Program-made: the position numbers and the translations under genes
Shown here: positions 18,211-26,496 of the stretch, piece after piece
How positions within the stretch are numbered: the stretch's first letter is position 1
How the letters are laid out: each line of letters starts with the position of its first letter
Source: Gemmatimonadales bacterium
Lineage (GTDB): Bacteria > Gemmatimonadota > Gemmatimonadetes > Gemmatimonadales > GWC2-71-9
Length of the DNA: 64,000 nt
Assembly: GCA_035631315.1 (NCBI GenBank)
Contig: DASQIZ010000116.1
Span: 21,189 to 85,188 of the forward strand
Reading direction: 5' to 3'
The notes under the pieces: generated by a model
What the model saw: the letters and a program-made list of their open reading frames with translations, nothing else
Told to the model about the DNA's origin: nothing
The model's database searches: none

Positions 18211-18591
18211 ATGCCGCCATGCCTCCGGGCGCCCGCGGTGAAGATGAGTGTCTTCGCGGGAGTCATGCTCGGGCTCGCGGCGTGCGGCTTTGGCGACCTG
18301 TTCCGCACTGCCGGTCCTCGCGATGTCACGATCACCTTTGTGGGTGACTCGTCGCTTTTTGTCGGCGACACCGCCGCGTTCACTATCGTCGTCACGGCGA
18401 ATGGCATGCCGGTGGCGAATCCCAATCTCACGATCGCATCGTCAGATACGACCATCTTCACCATCAATGCGGCTCGTGACTCGCTGCGTGCCATCGGGAA
18501 CGGCAATGCCAGGTTGACGGCCCGCCTGAACGACTCCGCGTTCACGGATTCCCTGCCCACCCTCAGTATCCGCATTCGGGTCCGCGGCTGA
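18211..18591 (+). CDS. lipoprotein with bacterial Ig-like (Big_2-like) domain
   Basis: ATG 18211 is preceded by AAGGAA. Signal/lipobox is MPPCLRAPAVKMSVFAGVMLGLAAC. The body TITFVGDSSLFVGDTAAFTIVVTANG...ARLTARL is Ig-like. Confidence 0.55.
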   Translation: MPPCLRAPAVKMSVFAGVMLGLAACGFGDLFRTAGPRDVTITFVGDSSLFVGDTAAFTIVVTANGMPVANPNLTIASSDTTIFTINAARDSLRAIGNGNARLTARLNDSAFTDSLPTLSIRIRVRG

Positions 18592-18593
18592 CC

Positions 18594-20108
18594 ATGAAGT
18601 GCTTCCGCTGCGGCAACGAGCTGGCCGACAGTGCCCGATTCTGCGCGAATTGCGGTGTCCGCCTCTCGGACCCCAACGATGATACGATGCGGGTGCCGCA
18701 GCCGCTCGACGGGGACGATCTGCTCGAGCGCATGCGGGTGCTGTTCGAGGGCGAGTTCGAGATCGACGGCGAGATTGCGCGCGGCGGCATGGGGATTGTC
18801 CTCAAGGGCCGGGAAAAAGACCTGGGACGCCCGGTGGCGCTCAAGATTCTACCCCCCGAGATGGGGCCTTCGACCCGCGCGGTGGAGCGGTTTCGCCGCG
18901 AAGCACTCACCATCGCGGACCTCGATCACCGCAACATCGTCCCGGTCTACCGCATGGGTCAGACCGGGGGAGTGTTCTACATCGCGATGAAGTTCGTGCA
19001 GGGCCGCTCCCTCGATCGCATCATCACCGACCAGGGTGCCTTCACCATCCCGTTGGCGATTCATGTGCTCCGCCAGGCGACGGCGGGGCTGGCGTACGCA
19101 CACTTGCAGAAGGTCGTCCACCGGGATGTGAAGAGTGCGAATCTCCTGGTCGGCACGGATGGCCGGATCATGGTGTCGGATTTCGGCGTGGCCCTTCGCA
19201 CCACCGACGTCACGCTGACCACCGACGGCGCCGTCATCGGGACACCGCCGTACATGAGCCCGGAGCAGTGCAGCGGGTTCCGCGCCTGCCCCCAGAGCGA
19301 TCAGTACGCCCTCGGCGTCGTGGCATTCGAGATGCTCGCCGGCACCGTGCCCTTCGCGTCCGAAACCGTCGCCGGCTACATCCAGCACCATCTCCACTCG
19401 GCGCCCCCCGATCTGCGCGGCGCGCGCGAAGACATTCCCGATGACCTGCGCGCGGTCATCGACCGGATGCTCGCGAAGAAGCCCGAGGACCGCTACGAAA
19501 GCACCGACGAGCTGCTGGCCGCGGTGGAGCGGCTCCCCTTCCCTCCCTCCGATCGCGCGCAGAGCAGTGATCTCTTGCGCAAGCTGGCGCGGGGCGAGGA
19601 TACGGGCGAATACAAGATTCGCACGACCCCGATCAAGATTCTCACGAACGCGCCGACGCAGCCGATGGCCCCGTCGGCACCGCGACGTCGCCCGCTCCGG
19701 ATCGCCGTCCCCCTGGTCGGCGCACTGGCGGTGGCCCTCACCCTTCTCTGGGCGCGTGGTACGCCGACCGCCCCCGCTGCCGACACCGCCGCCGTGGTGG
19801 TCAAACCCACTCCCCGGAGGCACTCATCAGCCCCGGCATCCACTCGAACGCGCCCGCCCGACCCCCCGCCGGCGGCACCGGCCACCGGTTTGATCCGCTT
19901 GCTCGCCGAACCCGCAGACGCGCAAATCGACATCGACGGACGGCATTGGACCGGGAGCGCGTTCGACGTCTCGCTGCCGGTCGGCGCACGGCACGTCCAG
20001 GTGCACGCACCCGGGTACACCGCCTGGGACAGCACCGTGACCGTCACCAAGGGCGCCACCACCGTCGTCGGCCGGGTCCGGCTGCACCCGAACAGCACGA
20101 CGCCGTGA
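18594..20108 (+). CDS. Ser/Thr protein kinase with N-terminal zinc ribbon and C-terminal PEGA domain
   Basis: Zinc ribbon MKCFRCGNELADSARFCANCG. Kinase motifs VALKIL, HRDVKSANLLV, DFG and SPEQ. One TM (LRIAVPLVGALAVALTLLWA). PEGA-like tail (IRLLAEPADAQIDIDG...VQVHAPGY). Confidence 0.9.
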   Translation: MKCFRCGNELADSARFCANCGVRLSDPNDDTMRVPQPLDGDDLLERMRVLFEGEFEIDGEIARGGMGIVLKGREKDLGRPVALKILPPEMGPSTRAVERFRREALTIADLDHRNIVPVYRMGQTGGVFYIAMKFVQGRSLDRIITDQGAFTIPLAIHVLRQATAGLAYAHLQKVVHRDVKSANLLVGTDGRIMVSDFGVALRTTDVTLTTDGAVIGTPPYMSPEQCSGFRACPQSDQYALGVVAFEMLAGTVPFASETVAGYIQHHLHSAPPDLRGAREDIPDDLRAVIDRMLAKKPEDRYESTDELLAAVERLPFPPSDRAQSSDLLRKLARGEDTGEYKIRTTPIKILTNAPTQPMAPSAPRRRPLRIAVPLVGALAVALTLLWARGTPTAPAADTAAVVVKPTPRRHSSAPASTRTRPPDPPPAAPATGLIRLLAEPADAQIDIDGRHWTGSAFDVSLPVGARHVQVHAPGYTAWDSTVTVTKGATTVVGRVRLHPNSTTP

Positions 20109-21145
20109 GGACCCGCGCCGCCCTCACCGTGCTCGCACTGAGCGGTTTCGCCTCGCGCGGGGCGGCGCAGACCGCCGACACGCTCGCCGCGGCGCGCCAG
20201 CTCTATGACGCGCTGTCCGTCGAGCAGGCGGTGCCGATCCTCCATCGCATCGTCGCCTCCAGCTGGTCGCTCCCGGTGTCGGCGGCCGAGCGGGTAACGG
20301 CATATCAATACCTGGGAGCATCCTTCCAGTTGCTGCATGCGCGGGATTCCGCGCTCGACGCGTTTCGCGCGGCGATCCGGGCGGATCCGTTCGCCGACCT
20401 CGATCCGCAACGGTTCACTCCGACCCAGGTGGGGATTTATCGCGCCGCCCAGGATTCCGAGTTCGCGGTGGGCGTCCGGCCCGTCGACTCCGTGCGCATC
20501 GATCCGCGGAACGAGCACCTCACACTGCAGGTGCTGTCGACGCACAACGCCACGATACAGGTGTCTCTGGTCACGCCCGATAAGCGGACGGTGTCCCTGT
20601 ACGCCGGACCGAATCGCGGATTACGCCAGGTCGAGTGGGACGTGCTCATGGCCGATGGCTCGTTCGCAGGAGCTGGCCGCTACGAGCTCCGCGTGGCTGG
20701 AGCGAGCGCCATCGTGAACCGGACCGACTCCGCACGCGTCTACTTCGACGTCAGGCTCGAAGGTCCCGCGTTGACGGATACTCTCGCCTCGCTCGAAGCA
20801 GGCGATCAGGTGCCCGTTCACTACGGCAGCGCCTGGGCGCGGCATGATCTGTTGCGCGCGCTGACGGTGGCCGTCGGGGCCGTCGTGCTGGCGGATGCGC
20901 TGCCGAACGACAAGGTCGACGGCAGCCACGTGCGGGCCCAGGTGGTGGCCGGCGCGGCGATCCTCGCGGCGGCCGGCACACTGTTGTATCGGCATGCCCA
21001 CCCCGATCTCGGACAGGCGGTCGCGGAGAATGCCCGCCGAAACGCCGCGCGTGCCGAGCAGAACGCGGCGATCCGCCAGGAGAATGCGACCCGGCTGAAC
21101 CAGGCGCGCCTCATCATCACGCCGGCCGCTGGAGCGGCGCCGTGA
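20105..21145 (+). CDS. hypothetical secreted/membrane protein (TPR-like, Ig-like, 2 TM, coiled tail)
   Basis: GTG 20105 overlaps the kinase stop (GTGA). Signal VRTRAALTVLALSGFASRGAAQ, then an FlgD-Ig-like stretch (LTLQVLSTHNATIQVSLVTPDK...GRYELRV), then two hydrophobic helices. Confidence 0.6.
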   Translation: MRTRAALTVLALSGFASRGAAQTADTLAAARQLYDALSVEQAVPILHRIVASSWSLPVSAAERVTAYQYLGASFQLLHARDSALDAFRAAIRADPFADLDPQRFTPTQVGIYRAAQDSEFAVGVRPVDSVRIDPRNEHLTLQVLSTHNATIQVSLVTPDKRTVSLYAGPNRGLRQVEWDVLMADGSFAGAGRYELRVAGASAIVNRTDSARVYFDVRLEGPALTDTLASLEAGDQVPVHYGSAWARHDLLRALTVAVGAVVLADALPNDKVDGSHVRAQVVAGAAILAAAGTLLYRHAHPDLGQAVAENARRNAARAEQNAAIRQENATRLNQARLIITPAAGAAP

Positions 21146-21789
21146 GTCGGGCGCTCCTTTCGCTCGCGTTCGCTACGGGGCTCTTGCGGTCAGCCGCCTC
21201 CGCGCAGGGTGGCGTCTCCGTGTCGCTGCTCATCTCCTCGCAGGAACATCGGGTCGACGCGGGATTCGGGATGGTCAACACGCGGGGATGGGTGCTGGGA
21301 GCCATGGTCGGCGTGGGACTCGCGTCTCACCTGCGCGTTCAGGTCACCGCCACCTCGGGTACCCTGACGACGCCTTCCAACAACACCGACAACGAAGACG
21401 TCGCGGACGTGTCCGCGCTGGTGCAATGGTCCCCGGCCGCCTGGGTCTCATTCAACGGTTTTGGATCAGCGCGCTCCGCGACCACCCCACTCGCGCGCCA
21501 ACATTGGACCAGCGCCGGCCTCGGCGCCGATCTCCGGATGCCACTGATCGGCTCGGCCACCGAGGGATTCCTGCGGCTGAACGTGCCGCTGCTGGTCAGC
21601 GTCAGCGGGCTCGCGGCCCCCAGCGTGTCGGTCGAGGGTGGTGCCGGCCTGCGTTACCGGCAGGGCCGCTTCCTGGGCCAACTCACCTACGGCCTCCTAC
21701 GCTACGACTTTCCGCCGGCGGCCGGCCGGACCAGGCTCGAAGAGATTTCGACACTCACCATCGGCGCCGGGCTCTTGTTCGGGCGATAG
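21142..21789 (+). CDS. hypothetical secreted beta-strand-rich protein (possible outer-membrane barrel)
   Basis: GTG 21142 overlaps the upstream stop (GTGA). Signal MSRALLSLAFATGLLRSAASAQG. Alternating hydrophobic pattern. No family recognised. Confidence 0.5.
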   Translation: MSRALLSLAFATGLLRSAASAQGGVSVSLLISSQEHRVDAGFGMVNTRGWVLGAMVGVGLASHLRVQVTATSGTLTTPSNNTDNEDVADVSALVQWSPAAWVSFNGFGSARSATTPLARQHWTSAGLGADLRMPLIGSATEGFLRLNVPLLVSVSGLAAPSVSVEGGAGLRYRQGRFLGQLTYGLLRYDFPPAAGRTRLEEISTLTIGAGLLFGR

Positions 21790-21867
21790 TCAGGTGTTTC
21801 ACGTTGCGGCGTGCCTTCCCTCCCACCGCATCCCCGGACATACTGAACATCCGGCACACCACGGGAT

Positions 21868-23247
21868 TTGAGGCATGCGCACGGGTCGTCTGATCGCCCT
21901 CGCAGCGGTCGTGAGCATCGATGGGGTCGGAAAAATCCTGGCAGAGGGTGGCCCCTGCCACACCTTTACGGTGAGTCCGTTGACGTCCGAACCCCGGATC
22001 GCCCCTGGAGACGACATCTGGCGCGGCCCCCTCTACGTAGGGACGCCGGACGGCCGGATGCGGAGCATTCGTCGCTGACGAAGCTTCGGCTCTTCCCGGG
22101 CCACGCCGCTCCCGCTCCCCGGCTCCTGAAATGGATCTGGGTCCTCTACGCGGTCTCGGTGCTTCTGGTCACGTTGCAAAAAGGACTGACCCACCCCGGC
22201 AACTTCCTGCTGTTCCGCTGCACGTTCGACCGGCTCATGCACGGCGAAAACCTCTACCTCAACACGCCCGGATGCTTCGGGTATCTCTACAGCCCGGCAT
22301 TCGCGTTCCTCTTCGCACCCTTCGCCCTGCTGCCTCCTCTCGTCGGTCTGTTCTGCTGGAACGCGGTCAATGCCGCGGTCCCCGCGCTCGCCATCTCGCG
22401 TCTCCTCGACCCGCGCCGAGCCCGGCTCGTGCTGGTGTTCATTTATCTCGATGTCGTGCGTTCGATGCAGAACTCGCAGAGCAATGCCCTGGTCGCGGGG
22501 CTGCTCCTGCTCACGTTCCTGGCCTGCGAGCACGAGGTCATCGTCGGCGCCGCGTTCGCCACGGGCCTGGGCACCCTCATCAAGATCTTCCCCGCGGCGG
22601 GCGGCGTCTTCGCGCTCGTCGCGCCGCAGCCCCTAGGCGCCGTACTCAAGCGGATCGCCCTGTTCGTCGGGGCGGGTACCCTGCTGGCCCTCACCCCGCT
22701 GATCGTCAGCACGCCGTCCACGGTGGCGGCGCAATACCATGCGTGGCTCACAACGACCACGACCACCAGCGTGCTGCGCGGCGAGTCAGTTCTTGGGATG
22801 TTGGGAACCTGGTTTGCATACGACGGCCCAAACTGGCCGGTCCAGCTGGCAGGACTGGTCATCCTGATGGCACCCGTCATCGCGCTGCGGGACGCCGCGC
22901 GAGCCGCTGAGTTCAGGCGCCTCGTCCTCTGCTCGGTCCTGGTGTTCGTGGTGATTTTCAACCACCAAGCGGAGTCACCGTCGTATGTCATCGCGACGAC
23001 GGGGATCGGGATCTGGGCCGTGAGCCTGGGAGAACGGTGGCGAGTCGCGCTGGCTATCCTGACGCTCGTGCTCGTCTCGCTGGTCGCGACGTCCCTGGTA
23101 CCGTGGCACTACCGCCACGACGTCCTTCGCGCCTACTCGGTCCAGGCGCTCCCGTGTCTCATCTGTTGGCTCGGAATCCAAATGGACATCTGGCGGATGG
23201 GCCTCAGAGATCGGCGAACCGAACCAGCCGCGGGTCTCCTCGCGTAA
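21868..23247 (+). CDS. GT87/DUF2029-like polyprenol-phosphate-sugar-dependent glycosyltransferase (GT-C fold); start uncertain
   Basis: Multi-TM protein with YLYSPAFAFLFAPFALLP and a DUF2029-like organisation. The only canonical in-frame start upstream of TM1 is TTG 21868, but third-position GC is poor until about 22075 (see findings). Confidence 0.75.
   Translation: MRHAHGSSDRPRSGREHRWGRKNPGRGWPLPHLYGESVDVRTPDRPWRRHLARPPLRRDAGRPDAEHSSLTKLRLFPGHAAPAPRLLKWIWVLYAVSVLLVTLQKGLTHPGNFLLFRCTFDRLMHGENLYLNTPGCFGYLYSPAFAFLFAPFALLPPLVGLFCWNAVNAAVPALAISRLLDPRRARLVLVFIYLDVVRSMQNSQSNALVAGLLLLTFLACEHEVIVGAAFATGLGTLIKIFPAAGGVFALVAPQPLGAVLKRIALFVGAGTLLALTPLIVSTPSTVAAQYHAWLTTTTTTSVLRGESVLGMLGTWFAYDGPNWPVQLAGLVILMAPVIALRDAARAAEFRRLVLCSVLVFVVIFNHQAESPSYVIATTGIGIWAVSLGERWRVALAILTLVLVSLVATSLVPWHYRHDVLRAYSVQALPCLICWLGIQMDIWRMGLRDRRTEPAAGLLA
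21875..22078 (+). CDS. possible small ORF (67 aa) upstream of and overlapping the GT87 frame
   Basis: ATG 21875. By hand count it has higher third-position GC than the GT87 frame over the same nucleotides. Its TGA (22076-22078) overlaps an in-frame CTG of the GT87 frame. No family recognised. Confidence 0.25.
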   Translation: MRTGRLIALAAVVSIDGVGKILAEGGPCHTFTVSPLTSEPRIAPGDDIWRGPLYVGTPDGRMRSIRR

Positions 23248-24058
23248 GACGCGTCAATACGTGCGGCGAGCGAAGAGCCGCGAGCTCCCGTTCCCGGTCC
23301 TGAGCGTACGAATCCCAACGCAGGAGATCGGCGTCCACGTACCCGGGGTGGACCGCCACTTCCGTCACTCCCGCCGGCGACCGGTCGAGCAGACCGACGA
23401 GCGCGTCCCCAAAGTCCCTTGCTCCGAGCAGGCCGATTCCCCGGAAGTGATGGCTGGATGGTGTGGGTCCGGGCATCGCGATCACACACGCGATTCGCAA
23501 CGCGAGCTTCGCCGCCATGCGGCCCGGACCAACGGGCTCCACCGGCCTCCGCACCGGAATTCCCTCCGACCGGCCAACAGCCTCGACGCCCGACCAAACG
23601 CCCGGCAGCACATGTGCATGACGGTGTCCGTCCAGGTGACTGACCCGGACGCCGGCTGCCCGCAAGCGATCCAGCTGCGCCCGGCACTCCCGGGCCACAT
23701 CGTCGGGGTCGACCCGACCCGACAGGGCCCGCCTGATCAGGGGGCCGAGTGAGCGGAACAAACCGGTCGTGGCGCAGAGACTCGGGACCCGGGCCGGCGG
23801 TGACACGGGCGCACCGACGGTCAGGTTGAAATGCAGGCCGAGATCCAGCCGGGGGAATTGGCGCGCCGCCTGCACGGCCCCGCCGAATCCCGGCGCGTTC
23901 GCAAACATCGACGCGGCGGTGACCGCTCCTGCCTGGTGCGCTTCGACGATTCCCCGGGTGACGCCTTCGCACAAGCCGAAATCGTCGGCGTTGATGACGA
24001 CGCGCCGATCAGCGATAGCGCCCTCGCAGGTCGTTCCAGCGAATGCGGGCAAGGTCAC
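23204..24058 (-). CDS. ChbG/HpnK (YdjC) family carbohydrate deacetylase
   Basis: VVINADDFGLCEGVTRGIVEAHQAG...LGLHFNLT...HLDGHRHAH is the YdjC-family signature. GTG start at 24058 overlaps the GT2 gene by about 50 nt. Confidence 0.85.
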   Translation of the reverse strand: MTLPAFAGTTCEGAIADRRVVINADDFGLCEGVTRGIVEAHQAGAVTAASMFANAPGFGGAVQAARQFPRLDLGLHFNLTVGAPVSPPARVPSLCATTGLFRSLGPLIRRALSGRVDPDDVARECRAQLDRLRAAGVRVSHLDGHRHAHVLPGVWSGVEAVGRSEGIPVRRPVEPVGPGRMAAKLALRIACVIAMPGPTPSSHHFRGIGLLGARDFGDALVGLLDRSPAGVTEVAVHPGYVDADLLRWDSYAQDRERELAALRSPHVLTRLTRGDPRLVRFADL

Positions 24059-24755
24059 TCAGGAGGGTGCTGCCATCCTGCGCCAGTCGTACGGTCGTCG
24101 GCTCCGAGTCGTACCGGAAATGGACCGGGACCTGCGCCGTCGCAAGTCCGTGGCGCCGGGCGATGAGCAGCGCTTCCACGTCGAACCCGAATCCACGGAC
24201 CGTCAGTCGCGGGAAGATGATGTCGGCGGCCCGGGCGCTGAATCCCTTGAGTCCGGCCTGCGAGTCGAGAATTCCCGGAAGCAGGGTCCAGCGAACCACC
24301 GCGTTGTACGCGCGGCTCAGCAGATGCCGGGTGTACAGGTAATGAAAGAACGTCGGGCTCATCAGGTACCGCGATTCACGAAGCACGCGGCACGCGATGG
24401 CGACGTCATGACCCTTCCCGATCGCGGCACAGATGGCGGGCACCTGGTCGAGCGGATAAGCGAGATCGGCGTCCGTGAACACCCGGATCCGGCCCCGCGC
24501 CGCGAGCATCCCCCGCGCGACGGCTGCGCCCTTCCCCTGGTTGACCTCGTTCACGAGGAGGGTCACCCGGGACCGGTCGCAAGCGAATGACGCGAGGAGT
24601 CCGGCGGTCCGGGGCTCGGATCCATCGTCGACGAGCACGACCTCCGTGCTCGAGTCGAGCGCCAAGAACGCTTGAAGCTCGCGAAGGGTGCTGGGCAGCA
24701 CTTCTCCGCCATTGCGCACCGGGACGATGAGTGAAACGGAAGGATCGGAGGTCAT
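24009..24755 (-). CDS. GT2 glycosyltransferase (polyprenol/dolichol-phosphate sugar synthase-like, soluble)
   Basis: VSLIVPVRNGGEVL...VVLVDDGSEPRT...NQGKGAAV...FTDADL (GT-A fold, DxD). 248 aa with no TM, like Ppm1/DPG-synthase types. Confidence 0.88.
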   Translation of the reverse strand: MTSDPSVSLIVPVRNGGEVLPSTLRELQAFLALDSSTEVVLVDDGSEPRTAGLLASFACDRSRVTLLVNEVNQGKGAAVARGMLAARGRIRVFTDADLAYPLDQVPAICAAIGKGHDVAIACRVLRESRYLMSPTFFHYLYTRHLLSRAYNAVVRWTLLPGILDSQAGLKGFSARAADIIFPRLTVRGFGFDVEALLIARRHGLATAQVPVHFRYDSEPTTVRLAQDGSTLLSDLARIRWNDLRGRYR

Positions 24756-24862
24756 CTCGCGTTACAGACTGACTCGGACAAACGCCAGCTCGTCACCGGT
24801 TCCTTGCCCGCTCCTCACATGCCCAGTAGCGTTGCCTGCTGAACTCTCTCCTGGATTCTGCG

Positions 24863-26494
24863 ATGCTTCGACTGTCTGTCCTGTTTGTGCTGCTCGCGGC
24901 GAGCGTTCCCGCCGCCGCTCAGCGACCTCTCGATACCGTCTACACCCGCGCGGACACCCTCCGGGGCTCGAATGGCCCGGCGCGCGCGTGGTGGGACGCG
25001 TCGTTCTACGACCTTCACGTCCTCGTCAATCCGGCCGACTCGAGCGTCCGCGGCTGGAATGGGATCACGTACAAGGTCCTGAAGCCCGCCCAGGACATGC
25101 AGATCGACCTGCAAACGCCGCTGGTCGCCGACAGCATCATCCAGGACCGGAAGAAACTCGCGTCGCGCCGCGACGGGAACGCGTTCTTCGTGACGCTCAA
25201 GGCCGTCCAGCGTGTCGGTGAAACCAAGACCGTCACGGTCTACTATCACGGCCAGCCGGGCCACGACCGTCCCCGAAACCCGGGCTTCACCTGGGCCCAC
25301 GACAGCCTTGGAAATCTCTGGATCGCCACGTCCAACGAGCTCACCGGCGCCAGTATCTGGTGGCCGTTGAAGGACTACGCGGGAGACGAACCTGACAGCC
25401 AACGGATCGCGATCACCGTTCCGGACCCTCTGATCGACGTCTCGAACGGCCGGCTGCGGAGCACCACTCACCATGCAGACCAGACCACCACGTACGAATG
25501 GTTCGTCGCCGACCCGATCAACACCTACGATGTCGCGGTGAACGCCGGCCTGTACACGCACTTCTCGGACACGCTGCAGGGAGAGGGCGGAACGTTGTCC
25601 CTCGACTTCTGGCCCATCGCATATCACACCGACACCGCGAGGGGTCAGTGGAAGCAGGCCACGCCGATGCTCCAGTGCTTCGAGCACTGGTACGGACCGT
25701 ACGCCTGGTACAAGGATGGGTACAAGCTGATCGAGCAGTCGTATCTCGGGATGGAGCATCAGAGCGGCATCGCGTACGGCAACAAGTTCATGAAAGGCTA
25801 CCTGGGCCGCGACCTCTCGGGCACCGGCCTTGGCCTCTCATGGGACTACATCGTGATCCACGAGAGCGCGCACGAATGGTGGGGCAACAACGTCTCGACC
25901 AATGACGCCGGTGACTTGTGGATTCACGAAAGCCTCGCGACGTACTCCGAGGGGATCTACACGGAGTGCCAGAAGGGGAAGACGGCCGGCGAGGCGTACA
26001 TCATCGGACTCCGAAAGGCGATCTCCAACCGGTACCCCATCCAGGGGCCTCACGGTGTCGTCGGCTGGTACCACAACGATATCTACATGAAGGGCGCCAA
26101 CGTCTTCAACACCCTGCGGCAGGTCGTAGATGACGACGCGCGGTGGCGCGACATCCTTCGTGGCATTCAGAAGACGTTCTGGCACCAGACGGTCTCCGGC
26201 CACCAGGTGGAGACCTACATCGCCCAGCAGGCCGGCATCGATCTGTCCAGGTTCTTCGATCAATACCTGCGCACCACCAAGGTCCCGGAGTTCGATTACA
26301 AGGTCGACGGCACGACCCTCTCGTACCGGTGGTCGAACGTCGTCCCCGGGTTCGACATGCCGATTCGCGTGGAGATCCCGGGCTCGGGCACCCATCTCCT
26401 CAAGCCGACCGAGGAGTGGCAGACGGTGCCCGTCGCGTCCGGTGGGCAACCCACGGTCGACGAGAACTTCTACGTCACCGCGAAGGCGCAGTGA
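24863..26494 (+). CDS. secreted M1 family metallopeptidase (aminopeptidase N-like)
   Basis: Signal MLRLSVLFVLLAASVPAAAQ. Zinc motif VIHESAHEWWGN plus a downstream E (WIHESLATY), i.e. HExxH-X18-E. Confidence 0.9.
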   Translation: MLRLSVLFVLLAASVPAAAQRPLDTVYTRADTLRGSNGPARAWWDASFYDLHVLVNPADSSVRGWNGITYKVLKPAQDMQIDLQTPLVADSIIQDRKKLASRRDGNAFFVTLKAVQRVGETKTVTVYYHGQPGHDRPRNPGFTWAHDSLGNLWIATSNELTGASIWWPLKDYAGDEPDSQRIAITVPDPLIDVSNGRLRSTTHHADQTTTYEWFVADPINTYDVAVNAGLYTHFSDTLQGEGGTLSLDFWPIAYHTDTARGQWKQATPMLQCFEHWYGPYAWYKDGYKLIEQSYLGMEHQSGIAYGNKFMKGYLGRDLSGTGLGLSWDYIVIHESAHEWWGNNVSTNDAGDLWIHESLATYSEGIYTECQKGKTAGEAYIIGLRKAISNRYPIQGPHGVVGWYHNDIYMKGANVFNTLRQVVDDDARWRDILRGIQKTFWHQTVSGHQVETYIAQQAGIDLSRFFDQYLRTTKVPEFDYKVDGTTLSYRWSNVVPGFDMPIRVEIPGSGTHLLKPTEEWQTVPVASGGQPTVDENFYVTAKAQ

Positions 26495-26496
26495 CC

